Positions 37,573 to 47,873 of a stretch of DNA of 64,000 nucleotides are shown piece after piece. The notes under the pieces were generated by a model that saw only the letters and a list, made by a program, of their open reading frames with translations, did no database searches and was not told the DNA's origin. Both the position numbers and the translations under genes were made by a program. The DNA is from a virus. Position 1 is the stretch's first letter; every line of letters begins with the position of its first letter. The stretch is from positions 5,247-69,246 of IMG/VR virus record IMGVR_UViG_3300050821_002494; one strand, written 5' to 3'.

Positions 37573-38094
37573 ATGCAGCTCTATCCACACATCCTGATCG
37601 ACGCCATCGCCAACGCGGCGCGTCGTGACCTCTTCGAGCCGGCGGGGGTTGACCTCCCGCCGGTGCCGATCCAGATCGGGCTGGTCGGCAAGGTCAGCGC
37701 CGAGGATCGCGTCGATGCCCAGACCCAGTACATGCCGGCCCCCTCTGACATGACGCGCCCCTCGAAGCGCGTGCTAGCGATTCTGGAGGCGGCCACTGTC
37801 CCGGTCCATGCGCCGTTCTTGCTGGCTATCACCAATGACCTAGAAGACTTCTACGGCGGTCCCAAGGGCCGCCTCACGCTGGCCTCGACGCTGGTGCATG
37901 AGATGGTCCACACCGCCTTCGACAGCGCCGTAGGTCACGGCCCCCGCTTCGTGCGGCTGATGCACAAGGTCGGCCTCACCGGCACGCCGGAGAAGAGCGT
38001 CGCCAGCCCACGCTTCGAGCGCTGGTTCGACAAAACTGTGATGCCTGAATACGAGGCTCAGGTGGCCCGCATGGAGGAGATGATCAATGGATGA
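37573..38094 (+). CDS. SprT-like Zn metalloprotease (paralogue)
   Basis: LVHEMVH..GHGPRF..GLTG. Confidence 0.75.
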   Translation: MQLYPHILIDAIANAARRDLFEPAGVDLPPVPIQIGLVGKVSAEDRVDAQTQYMPAPSDMTRPSKRVLAILEAATVPVHAPFLLAITNDLEDFYGGPKGRLTLASTLVHEMVHTAFDSAVGHGPRFVRLMHKVGLTGTPEKSVASPRFERWFDKTVMPEYEAQVARMEEMING

Positions 38095-39618
38095 CCTGAC
38101 TATCCCCGACTTCCTCCGGGGCTCCAGAGAGGGCCCCAAGCCTCGCTGGACTACGCCGTGGAAGCGGATGGTCGCCCAGCGACCGGACTGCATCAAGTGG
38201 GATAACGCCGAGCGCTGGGAGGTGACCATTCCTAAGACCATGACTGGCGCCGGCCAGCCCGCCTTCGGAACCCGCTACGTGTGGGTGATCCCGGGCCGCA
38301 AGTGGACCGAGATCAGAGACGCCGAGGGCTACGCCAAGATCGCAACCGCCGACTGGAACCGTATGTCGGCAAAAGGAAGGAAAGTGTCATGAACGACAAG
38401 CTCCCGATGCGGGCCGCCGTGATGGTGCCCGGACAGAACCTCGTCGGTCTCGTGGATCGAGGCGACAAGGGCTACTACCCGATGCCTAGCTGGACGGCCA
38501 AGACTGCCGACGGCTGGAATGAACGCCACGGCGTGAGCCACGCCCAGCGCGAAGCGATGCTGGTTGGATCGATGTTCGGTTGGGATGTCCCCGGCGCGGA
38601 CCCTGATCTCTACCCCAACGAGGGGCCACTGGAAGGGCGCTCGTGAGCGCCAACGTCCCCTGCCGCTGCAAGCCGGTCGACCGGAGCCAGTGGCGGGTGA
38701 GGCAGCGTAAGTGCAATCACTCGGCATTCTCCGGCGGACGCTACACCCCGAGCGACTACTCGGAGGTGACGTGCCTAAAGTGCCTCGGCAGCTGGCGCAC
38801 GAAGGCGGACTACGCCGACAAGTTACCTGACTATTATATGTAGGAGAAATGCATGCCAGCAGAACACAAACGTCCCGACGGATCGTGGGCTCAGGGCTAT
38901 TATTGCATGCGCTGCGGCGCGGCTGGGCTCAATCTCTATGGGAGTGGCCACGAGAAGTGCCCACTCAATCCCGAGCTGGTCAAGCAATTGATCGAAGCCA
39001 ACAAAAGGAAATAGTTATGCGTACCGAAATGAACGACCGCACGCTGGCGCGCTACCTCGGGCTCGACCGCGAGGAATTCGATTGGCTGAAGCTCCGGCTG
39101 ACGCCGGAGAAGCTGGAGGACTATCGGCTGCTCGCGGAGGTCGCTGTGACGCTGGAGCAGTACGCCACCCGCTACAACCGGCCGCCGAAGGCGACGGAGG
39201 AGAGCGACGCCGCCCTGATGGCCGCCCAGAGCCGCGCATTTGCCCGCCTAGAGCAAAACGCTCAGCACGGGGCCGGTCACCGCCAAGAGAGGGGCGACCG
39301 GCCTCTACGGCCAATTATGGGCGTCTGCTACCTTACGCGAAAATAAATCGCGGTGAGGGCTTGAAATTGGGGCCCAGAGGGCGTATCTCTAGGTCTCGCC
39401 AACAGGAGCACCCCATGGAACGCACATTCCGCGTCGACTACGATAACGGCTTCGAGGTCGTCCGCGCCAAGGACATCTTCTCCGCCGCCGCGCAGCTGAA
39501 GCGCGCCTACAAGCGGTTCTTCAAGATGCCGATCAGCATCACCGAGACCACGCGCTGCAGCGCTCCGGTTGAGCCCCGCGAGGGCATGGACAAGCCCTAT
39601 CCCCGTCACGCCCGCTAG
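38087..39618 (+). other. Small early genes (38087-38392, 38389-38646, 38643-38843 Zn finger, 38853-39014, 39017-39346, 39415-39618)
   Basis: Overlapping start/stop codons and RBSs. Confidence 0.6.
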
Positions 39619-39627
39619 GAGCGCCAC

Positions 39628-39957
39628 ATGATCGTCTACCAGATCGCTCTGCCCATCATGTCGAACGACGGCCTGACGGAGTACTCCCACAATCTGCACG
39701 AGTGGGAGCAGATCGCCCTCGACGAGGTCGGCGGCTATACTGACCTCGGCATCCGCCACGGTGTGTGGCGCGACGTCGGCCGCACCTACAGCGAGAACAT
39801 GCAGGGCTACCAGCTCGCCATCGACAGCGACCGCCCCTTCGCGCTGGGGCGCCTGATAGACGCCGCCAAGCGGCTGTTCCCCGATCAGGTCGCCTTCTAT
39901 CTGGCGAAGGTCGGCACCGCCGAAATTATTTACAACAATCAGGTCGCGGTAGCTTGA
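39628..39957 (+). CDS. SAM-lyase/DUF3574-like ferredoxin-fold protein (putative)
   Basis: GGYT..GVWRD.G..E..F.DQ.AFY pattern. Confidence 0.45.
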   Translation: MIVYQIALPIMSNDGLTEYSHNLHEWEQIALDEVGGYTDLGIRHGVWRDVGRTYSENMQGYQLAIDSDRPFALGRLIDAAKRLFPDQVAFYLAKVGTAEIIYNNQVAVA

Positions 39958-40477
39958 TGGCCGCCCGCATCCTCGCTGGAGAGGCCCTCGCGGCTGCCAA
40001 GGCGACCATACGGGCCCAGCACTACACCCACACGGTGCCGAGCGGGAAGAGCCACTACGTGGCCTTCGGTGACGCCATCGTGGTGTGGTCGATCCCAGCG
40101 AACAAGAACATCGCCAACTACGTTGGCGGCGGCCGCGTCTGGGAGTTGGCCCGCCTGTGGGCGCCCGACGGGCACCCGCCAAACCTGTTGACGCAGGCCA
40201 TATCCGCCGGCGTGAAGGAGCTTCAGCGTCTGTATCCAGACCTCGACGCCGTCGTGTCCTACGCTGACCCCAATCAGGGGCACCTAGGCGGCATCTATCG
40301 GGCTGCCACTCTGGCTCTAGGGGCATGCGCAAGGCCGAGATCGAGGCGCTGGGCTACACCCAGCTGAAGCTGCCGGGGAAGCACCGCTTCATGCGGTGCT
40401 TGTCTCGCCGCTCCAAGCGGGCCTACAAAATAATTCGTCCGGGGCTATTGATTTCTGGCCCCGGCGAGCGTATCTAG
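39957..40477 (+). pseudogene. mom: Mom-like adenine-modification GNAT, frameshifted at about 40307
   Basis: HY, ELARLW, PNLL, VSYADPNQGH.G.IYRA then break; -1 frame continues HSGSRG..PGKHRF. Confidence 0.7.
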
Positions 40478-40504
40478 AGCGGGCGATAACAACCGGAGAC
40501 TTCT

Positions 40505-42893
40505 ATGAACGACTTCACTCTCTACAACCACGGCTCCATCGTCGTCCTGACGCCGATGACTGAGGCCGCTCGCAGCTGGATGCAGGACAACATCGACGTC
40601 GAGAACGCCCAGATGTGGGGCAAGGGCGTCGTGGTCGAGCCCCGCTACGTGGGCTCCATCCTCGACGGCCTCACGGTCGACGGCCTCACGGTGTCGCTGT
40701 GAGCGGCCCCAATGGCTACCTCTTCCAGCTGCTGACCGGCGTGCTGGTCCCGGCCGCCCTGATCGGGATGCTGGTGTGCCTCCTCGCCATGGGACGCAAC
40801 TTCGTCAACGACCCCCAAATATGCACTACGTGCGGACCAACCTACAGCCAAGGGTGGACACTGTGAGCGACTTCCTGATCGACGACCAAGTCACGACGCT
40901 GCTGATCACGGCGCAGAACCAGAGCGCCAGCGACTGGCTCGACCACTTCATGTCTGGTCGCGGCCACGAGGGCCCCAACGCCGTCCGGGTACCGCCGGGC
41001 TACGCCGCCCACGTCATCCTGCCCGGCATGCGCGAGGCCGGCTTCACGGCCGGCGGCGACGTCAACGAGAAGGGCGAGATCGTCCTGCGGGTGCAGACAT
41101 GATCGAGCTAGCTGAAGTCCTCGGCATCTGTATCGCCATGGCGGCCTGCGGGCCGATCCTCCACTTCCTTATCTGCAGGAGCTGCAAGTGAGCACAGTAA
41201 CCACGAGATCAGTACGCCGCGTCGCCCAGAAGATGAACGGCGACATCCTAGGCCACAAGCGCGGCGAGAAGCGCAAGCGGCCCATCGCAACCAAGCGGCG
41301 CACCAAAGGGAGGCTTGCATGAGACCCGGACAGAAGATCGTCGCGTATCGCGTCGATGAGAAGCTAGCGAATGCACTCGCTCCATTCGTCGCGGCCTACG
41401 AGAAGGCTGCCTGCCCGGTCGGTGACAGCGACCTCTACAACGAGCAGCCGCGTTCGGTCTCCGTCACGCTCGGCGATTGCCGCCGCGCGGCGGCGGTGCT
41501 GCACGCACACCAGAAGGGAGTGCTGCGATGAAGACCGTCATCCATGTAAACCGCCAGAACCTCGCACGCAATCGCAAGGGCGAGAGCCTGCCGGTATTCA
41601 CCGCGAAGGACTATAAGCAGAACCGGCGCGGCACGCGCGTCGAGGTGCTCGGGCCCTCCACCTTCGTCTACAGCCCAGAGAAGCCGCTCAAGTGCGGCGC
41701 CATCGCGTGGGTTGAGACCGACGCAGAAGTGAGGGTGTCATGAAAAAGCGATGGTACGTCGTGAGTTGGGAGGCCTTCAACGATAAGGAGCTGACCGACG
41801 CCAAGGGCGACCGCATCTGGACTGTGTCACGCGATCCCGACGCCACAGGCTGGGAGACGGACTGTGGCTACGACGGCTATGGCCTGACGTGGGACGAAGC
41901 CACAGAGCTTGCATCCGCCGCGAATAGCATCCATGAGATACATGAGGAGAGACTAGCATGTCTGAAGAGAGCCTCGAAGACGTGATCGCCCGCACGCTGG
42001 CGCAGCGTGACCCGGAGGCGCAGAGGCGCACCGGCAAGGCTCGCGTGGGCAGCCGGCCGCGCGGCCCCAACCACGCCCGCTACTCGCCGAGGATCGCGCA
42101 GGAGACCAACGACCGCCTCGGCATCGGGACGCCACGCAAGGTGTCGCCGAAGACCGAAGACATCGAGCGGCACCGGGAGATGGATCGATGCGACGGCTGA
42201 TGTTTGTGCCACCTGTGCATCCTCAGTCGGAATTTGACCCGGATGCGATTGCCGGCGTGAAGGGCGACCCGTGGCCCTTCGACGGCTCGATGACGTATCG
42301 CCAGCTGCGCGCCCGCATCGCTGGCGATCAGGAGGAATTCGACAAGCTGCCGGCACGTTTCAAGGCGCAGGCACAGGACTTGATCACGCAGATGCTGTAC
42401 GAAGAGACGCGGCCGGCGATCCCGCTTGAGTACCGCACCAACAACTTGAGGAGCACACCATGTCCCATCACCTCGACGTCGGATACGAGAAGTACCACTT
42501 CCTCCTCGACGAGGGCATCCCGGCCTCGGAGAAGTTCCAAGCCTTTCGAGTGAGGCACGGCCGCTTCGTCACGAAGTCCGAGAAGTTCGCAACCGAGAAG
42601 GAAGCAGACGACTGGATCGAGTTTCAGCGCACGCTTGATGAGGACGATCTCCAGAGAGCGAGGACGAAGTGAGCGTCAATCCAGTCTGCCGGCTGTGCGG
42701 CTTCATCCATCACAACGCAAACGTGGAGGGCGAGTGCCGCCGCTTCGGCGTCTTCACGAAGGCCGAGCTGGAGATCGCGAAGCTGCGGCAGCAGATCGAC
42801 CGACTGACCTACAGGCCGTCGGGTCCGTCGTCCTCGTCTTCAGGCTCTGCGTCTGACCGCACGCCACCGCGTGGCGGAGGCGACGCGACTTGA
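40505..42893 (+). other. Small early genes (40505-40702 and paralogue 40863-41102, 41319-41531, 41528-41743, 41740-41985, 41958-42200, 42460-42672, 42669-42893)
   Basis: Abutting ORFs with RBSs. Confidence 0.6.
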
Positions 42894-43549
42894 AGGGCCG
42901 GCATCTGGGAGAACATCCACTGCGGGATGCGCTCCGCGAGCCGTACCGCCGCCTCAGTAACGAGGACGCTGCCCGAGATGGTAGCGATGGTCGCGTCACG
43001 CGCCCGGAACTCTTCCGGCTGCTCTGTCTCGCTGTATGGCATGAAGGCTGCGGTGAATGGGAGAAGATGCGCCGCCTCGACGTCGCTGTCGGCGAGTGAG
43101 AGAGCAGCGATACCTTGCGCGACGCGCTGCTCGAAGCCGTTCACGCTCTCGGCACCTGCCGCCGTCATGATGTCTTCAGCGATCTTGCGCCGCATGGCCT
43201 GCGCGACACCCGCCGGGTGCTGCGTCGAAATGAACTGCATCGCGTTGTTGCAGACTTCTGCTAGCTTGGGGTCTCGGACGCCAGCCAGAGCGATTGAGGC
43301 CATGCGGAACACGCAGCGCCAGCGCGTCGCGGCGTCGACCATGCCGACACAGCTTTCGAGCTTGTCGGCCGGCGTCATGGACGTGAGCGGCGTCCCATCG
43401 ACAGAGCGAATGCGGAACAACAGAGACGGTGGTGCAAGCCGCGAGGCCTCCCATATGTCCTGCTGTGTGAGGCGCACCGGCAAGTAGTTCGCCTTGAACT
43501 GCGCGGGCGCCTTGATGCCGGGGTAGAGCACGAAGAATGAGCGAGCCAT
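42809..43549 (-). CDS. Hypothetical protein, lone reverse-strand gene with own promoter
   Basis: 246-aa ORF; AAGG RBS; TTGTCA-N18-TACCAT upstream. Confidence 0.65.
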   Translation of the reverse strand: MARSFFVLYPGIKAPAQFKANYLPVRLTQQDIWEASRLAPPSLLFRIRSVDGTPLTSMTPADKLESCVGMVDAATRWRCVFRMASIALAGVRDPKLAEVCNNAMQFISTQHPAGVAQAMRRKIAEDIMTAAGAESVNGFEQRVAQGIAALSLADSDVEAAHLLPFTAAFMPYSETEQPEEFRARDATIATISGSVLVTEAAVRLAERIPQWMFSQMPALQVASPPPRGGVRSDAEPEDEDDGPDGL

Positions 43550-43634
43550 TGGTGTCCCTTCTGGAATTTGGCGGCGGGGTGATCATGGTGCCACTGGCGA
43601 CTGAGGCCTACGCTGCGCCTGCCCGCCAGTCACC

Positions 43635-43687
43635 ATGGTAGCGTCGCTAGGGCTCGCTTGACAAGACCCCTCGATCTGAGTTTCCAT
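43635..43687. promoter_or_regulatory. Divergent promoters (minus TTGTCA-N18-TACCAT; plus TTGACA-N18-TTCCAT)
   Basis: Overlapping -35 hexamers at the start of the replication operon. Confidence 0.55.
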
Positions 43688-43740
43688 GGGAATAGCGCCA
43701 GAGACATCCCGTTAGGCGCTTAATAAATACGAGGTGCAGA

Positions 43741-44313
43741 GTGATCGATAAGATACCCGTCTTCAATACGCCCGCCGAGGGCGTCGACTTCCTAGATGCT
43801 GTAGATCAGCAGGAAGCCTACCTCAAGAAAGAACTTGAGGCCACCAGAGCCCTACGCCACGAGCTTGAGACACTGCAGCTGCCGGAGCTGTTCGACCGCT
43901 TCGAGCAGCCCGAGGCGGTGTCCAACTCCGGCGCGAAGGCCATCAAGAAACTGGACGTCGCCGGCTCGCTGCCGAAGGTGGGCGAGAAGGACACGCCTCA
44001 GGAGGCCGAGCTGCATCGACAGCAGCGCGAGGCCGCCATCAAGCTCGCCGAGAGCTACGAGTGGCAGCCCTTCATCAAGTCCACCGTCACTGCTAAGTAC
44101 GACAAGGGCGACCAAGAGAAGGCCCGCGAGGCCTACCGTCTGCTGCGCGGCGACAACTCCGCAGAGGTCGACATCACCGAAGGCATCCACGCCCAGACGC
44201 TGTGTGCGCAGGTACGCAAGCGTCTGCGCGAAGGCAAAGAGGTCGCGCTCGACGTGCTCGGCGTGACTGCGATACCGTCCGTCCTACTCACCAAGAAATC
44301 TCCGAGGAGTTAG
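43741..44313 (+). CDS. Conserved replication-module protein preceding SSB
   Basis: LPELF, IKSTVT, IHAQTL..VR motifs. Confidence 0.6.
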   Translation: MIDKIPVFNTPAEGVDFLDAVDQQEAYLKKELEATRALRHELETLQLPELFDRFEQPEAVSNSGAKAIKKLDVAGSLPKVGEKDTPQEAELHRQQREAAIKLAESYEWQPFIKSTVTAKYDKGDQEKAREAYRLLRGDNSAEVDITEGIHAQTLCAQVRKRLREGKEVALDVLGVTAIPSVLLTKKSPRS

Positions 44314-44527
44314 CAATGGCAAAGAAATCGAATACACCGAAGCAGCCGGAATTCCCATATGAGATTGTCGTCCGCTACGAGGACGACGGCGAAGGCAACT
44401 TCTATTTCGTGACCGGCAAGGACGAGGAAGACGTCGGCGTGGATGGCAGCAACAAGCCCACGCGCATCGCTCGCTACGAGCTGATCGACGAAAACGAATT
44501 CGTTCAGAAGATCGTGAGGGTTTAACC

Positions 44528-45508
44528 ATGAGCAAGAAACACATCGACGTCGACTACGAAGACACCGTCAAGGATACCTCAGCGAACGTCCCTGCGGTGC
44601 AGTCGGCCCCGAATGCGCTGGTCGTTGGAGGCCTCGCTGACGACGACCACGACTACCTGATGGGCCAGAAGACCGACGATTTTGGCGCCGGAGATATGGT
44701 CGTGCCGTGGCTAACGCTGGTGCAGGGCACCTCCGGCTACGTCAAGCGAAACGACCCCAACTACAACCCCGAGGCGCGCGAGGGCGACATCACCGACAAC
44801 CTCACGAAGCGGCTGCGTGCGTCTCAGTCGGTGATCCTCTGCCGCTACGAGGTTCACTATACGACGTGGCGTCCGAACGGCGGCAAGATCGTCGCGCAGC
44901 ACTACCAAGACCCGACGGCCTACAACGCCGCCAAGTTCCCGATCAACAAAAAGACCGGGAAGCCGAACAACTTCGGCAAGAAGATCGATGCCGACGGCAA
45001 CGAAGTGAAGCCGACGGCCGTCTACTACGTCCTCGCGGTCGACCGCAAGACAGGCGTCTTCACGCCGATGGTGTGGGGCCTCGGCTCTACGCAGTTCAGC
45101 AAGTCGAAGAAAATCAACTCGCTCGCTCGCGAGATGATGATGTCTCCGAAGGGGCCCTACATCCCGCCCATCTATGCCCGCATCTTCGATCTCACGACGT
45201 GCGGTGAGCAGGGCGAAGTCGACGGCCAGATGAAGTACTGGTCTGGCTGGGTTGCGAACCCCGGCGAGGCGGTGCTGGCCCGCGACGCCGAAGGCAACTA
45301 CGTCAATCCCTATGGCAAGATGTGGCTGACGGCGGCGGTCGAGTTCCGCGACGCCGTGATGAAGGGCCAAGTGCGGCCGGCGCTGCCGGAAGAGACCGCC
45401 GAAGCGACGCCGAGCGATGACGACGACCGGGGCGACGAGCGCGACCATCAGGGTGGCCGCTACGCGCAGAAGGTGCCTGCGGTTGCTGACGACGACATCC
45501 CCTTCTAG
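44528..45508 (+). CDS. Single-stranded DNA-binding protein (phage type)
   Basis: VPWL.LVQ, acidic tail ending DDDIPF. Confidence 0.75.
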   Translation: MSKKHIDVDYEDTVKDTSANVPAVQSAPNALVVGGLADDDHDYLMGQKTDDFGAGDMVVPWLTLVQGTSGYVKRNDPNYNPEAREGDITDNLTKRLRASQSVILCRYEVHYTTWRPNGGKIVAQHYQDPTAYNAAKFPINKKTGKPNNFGKKIDADGNEVKPTAVYYVLAVDRKTGVFTPMVWGLGSTQFSKSKKINSLAREMMMSPKGPYIPPIYARIFDLTTCGEQGEVDGQMKYWSGWVANPGEAVLARDAEGNYVNPYGKMWLTAAVEFRDAVMKGQVRPALPEETAEATPSDDDDRGDERDHQGGRYAQKVPAVADDDIPF

Positions 45509-45604
45509 ACCGGACCCGAGGGGAACTAACCGCCTCACCCGACGACCGCCTAACGTCGAGATATAGAGGCGGAGAAATGTGTGGTTGATACCCACCTTGA
45601 AACT

Positions 45605-45640
45605 GGGGCCCTGAGTACCATATTCAGGGCCCCTACTTTT
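45605..45640 (+). terminator. Intrinsic terminator after SSB
   Basis: GGGGCCCTGA / TCAGGGCCCC stem followed by TACTTTT. Confidence 0.7.
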
Positions 45641-45654
45641 CTCAGGAGAGATCG

Positions 45655-45741
45655 ATGATCAACGAATTCAGGGTCGGCTTCATTTGTGGCATCGGCTTCA
45701 CTGCCGCGCTCATCGCCATCGTAACGATCTTCGGCGCCTAG
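45655..45741 (+). CDS. 28-aa hydrophobic peptide
   Basis: AGGAG RBS; MINEFRVGFICGIGFTAALIAIVTIFGA; stop abuts primase ATG. Confidence 0.45.
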   Translation: MINEFRVGFICGIGFTAALIAIVTIFGA

Positions 45742-46677
45742 ATGGACGCAGCAGAGAACTTCGCTCGCAAGGTTGCGGCCTCGTGGCAGGCGCAACCGCA
45801 GCGCATGGGCCGCGAGTGGCGCACCTTCTGTCCGGTCCACGAGGCCGACGGCGGGATGCATAAGCCCTCGCTTGCTATCTGGCCGAACGGCGAGCGCTTC
45901 CACTTCAAGTGCATGACCGGCTGCACGAACGCCTCCGTGGCTGAGGCGCTGCGCGAGCGCGGCGTCGCGACCGGCTTCCATGGCCCGGTGACGCAGGAGA
46001 GCAAGTTCCTCGCGGCCCAGCGCCGCGAGCAGCACCGCGTCACCCAGATGATGAAGGCGCAGGAGATACTGAGCGAGGCTGAGCCGCTGCTGCCGGGCTC
46101 GGATTGCGCCTCGATGCGTTACCTTGACGGTCGCCGACTTCCGCTGGCAGCTACTCAGCTACCTACGCTCTGTGAGGCCGTCGACCCCGTCTGGCCGAGC
46201 GGCAAGGCATTCGTGGGCGTCATCTGCGATATGACGACACTCACTGAGACGCCACGCTGCGTTGGCCTGACGATGCTGAGCCTGCAGGGCGACGGCACGG
46301 CACGCATCGGCGACAAGACTGGCAAGAAATTCCGCTCGATCCTCGGGGCCTCGAAAGGCTTCGGCGTGCCTTACGGTGTTCCGGGACGACACCTACTTAT
46401 CGCGGAGGGCGTGGAGAGCATGCTCGCTGGATTGTATCTAGAGCACATGCCCTTCGGCGTAGCGACGCTGGCGGCACCCAACATGCCGGCAGTCGTGATC
46501 CCGGAGTATGTGCGGTCGGTCACCATCTGCGCCGACAACGACACCCCCGGCATGGAGGCCGCCGCCGCGCTAGGCACCGAGCTAGGACACATCGGCCTGA
46601 AGGTCGAGATAAAGGTCTACGGTGAACCCAACAGCGGCTTCGATGCCGCAGACGAATTGAAGAGGAGGCAGTCATGA
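45742..46677 (+). CDS. DNA primase (Zn finger + TOPRIM)
   Basis: CPVH..PSL..CMTGC; AEGVES; ADND..G..D..D. Confidence 0.85.
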   Translation: MDAAENFARKVAASWQAQPQRMGREWRTFCPVHEADGGMHKPSLAIWPNGERFHFKCMTGCTNASVAEALRERGVATGFHGPVTQESKFLAAQRREQHRVTQMMKAQEILSEAEPLLPGSDCASMRYLDGRRLPLAATQLPTLCEAVDPVWPSGKAFVGVICDMTTLTETPRCVGLTMLSLQGDGTARIGDKTGKKFRSILGASKGFGVPYGVPGRHLLIAEGVESMLAGLYLEHMPFGVATLAAPNMPAVVIPEYVRSVTICADNDTPGMEAAAALGTELGHIGLKVEIKVYGEPNSGFDAADELKRRQS

Positions 46678-46927
46678 TCGAAGTCAGCATCAGGAAGTTC
46701 TACGTGATTGAGGAAGACGGCGCCGACATGGTTCCACGCGTCGGCATTAATCGCCTGCCCACGCCCGAGGAGACGGCGCAAGCCGAGAAGGTCTTCGACG
46801 ACATGGCGCGCGAGCTTGGCGCCCGCGAGATGACGGACGACGAGCGTAAGGACTACATCGCCGCCGAGCAGGCCGCCGAGGATGAGGCCGACGATGGCGT
46901 TACCAGCTTCACCTTGCGGAGGCCTGC

Positions 46928-47668
46928 GTGATGGACTTCATCGAATTCCCCAAGATCGCGCGCCTGAGCCGCGATATCGTGATCACCGAGAAGCTCGACG
47001 GCACGAACGCACAGGTGCTGATCATGCCTGACGACACCGGCGGCGTAGCTTATAGCGGCGCGGCCGACGAGCGCGTCGCCACCGTTGGCAACTACCTTGT
47101 GTTTGCCGGCTCTCGCTCCCGCTGGGTGACGCCGGAGCAGGACAACTACGGCTTCGCGGCGTGGGTCCGGGAGCATGCCTACGAGCTGTTCGACGCCCTC
47201 GGCGAGGGGCAGCACTTCGGCGAGTGGTGGGGGCGGGGTATCCAGCGCAACTACTCCCAGACGGAGCGCCACTTCTCGCTCTTCAACACGAAGCGCTGGG
47301 GCACGCACTACAACGATAAGGGCCGCGTCGGTCCCTGCCGTGTTGTGCCTACGCTCTACAAGGGCCCTCTCGAAGACCACGGCGTGATGAAGGGCCTACG
47401 CTTCGCGATGACGCAGCTGCAGAACGGGGGCTCTGCGGCGGCGCCGGGCTTCATGAAGCCCGAGGGCGTGGTGATATATCATCCTCAGGGCAACGTCCTC
47501 TTCAAGAAGACGCTGGAGAAGGACGAGGAGCCGAAGAGTAAGGCCTCTGCACTTGGTGAACTATTGACTATGCCATTCCCCACTCGTGACCAACTAGAGA
47601 AGATGGCTCAACAGGTCGCGGATGACGAGTGGCCCGGTGCCACACAGGCGGCGGAGGGCGGACGATGA
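46928..47668 (+). CDS. RNA ligase (Rnl2-like nucleotidyltransferase)
   Basis: TEKLDGTN, SR, FGEW.G.GIQ, PEGVV, FKK. Confidence 0.85.
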   Translation: MMDFIEFPKIARLSRDIVITEKLDGTNAQVLIMPDDTGGVAYSGAADERVATVGNYLVFAGSRSRWVTPEQDNYGFAAWVREHAYELFDALGEGQHFGEWWGRGIQRNYSQTERHFSLFNTKRWGTHYNDKGRVGPCRVVPTLYKGPLEDHGVMKGLRFAMTQLQNGGSAAAPGFMKPEGVVIYHPQGNVLFKKTLEKDEEPKSKASALGELLTMPFPTRDQLEKMAQQVADDEWPGATQAAEGGR

Positions 47669-47873
47669 GGATAGAGGGCATGGAGCTGCCGTCACCACAC
47701 GACATCGCGCTAGCCAACTTCGAGGATGTCATGAAGAACGGCAGCTTTCGCCAGAAGGAGGCGCTGTGCATGGTTTTGTCTCACATGGCTCGCCTCAATG
47801 TCGGGCCGCGCTGTGCGCCGATGGCCAAGGGCATAGCTGACTACTGGCTGGCAGTGCAGAGCGGCGATATCAA

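Larger units (their letters stand above)
34648..40476 (+). promoter_or_regulatory. Seven early promoter cassettes AAAATAAAT-N12-TTGnnn-N17-TAnnnn (34648, 34853, 35422, 35940, 37323, 39340, 40427)
   Basis: Conserved UP element and near-constant spacing; each precedes a gene. Confidence 0.8.

Noticed and set aside
34648-40476. Repeated AAAATAAATC elements as a CRISPR array or integron attC sites
   Set aside because: Spacing is gene-sized and irregular, no cas or tyrosine integrase; -35/-10 geometry explains them
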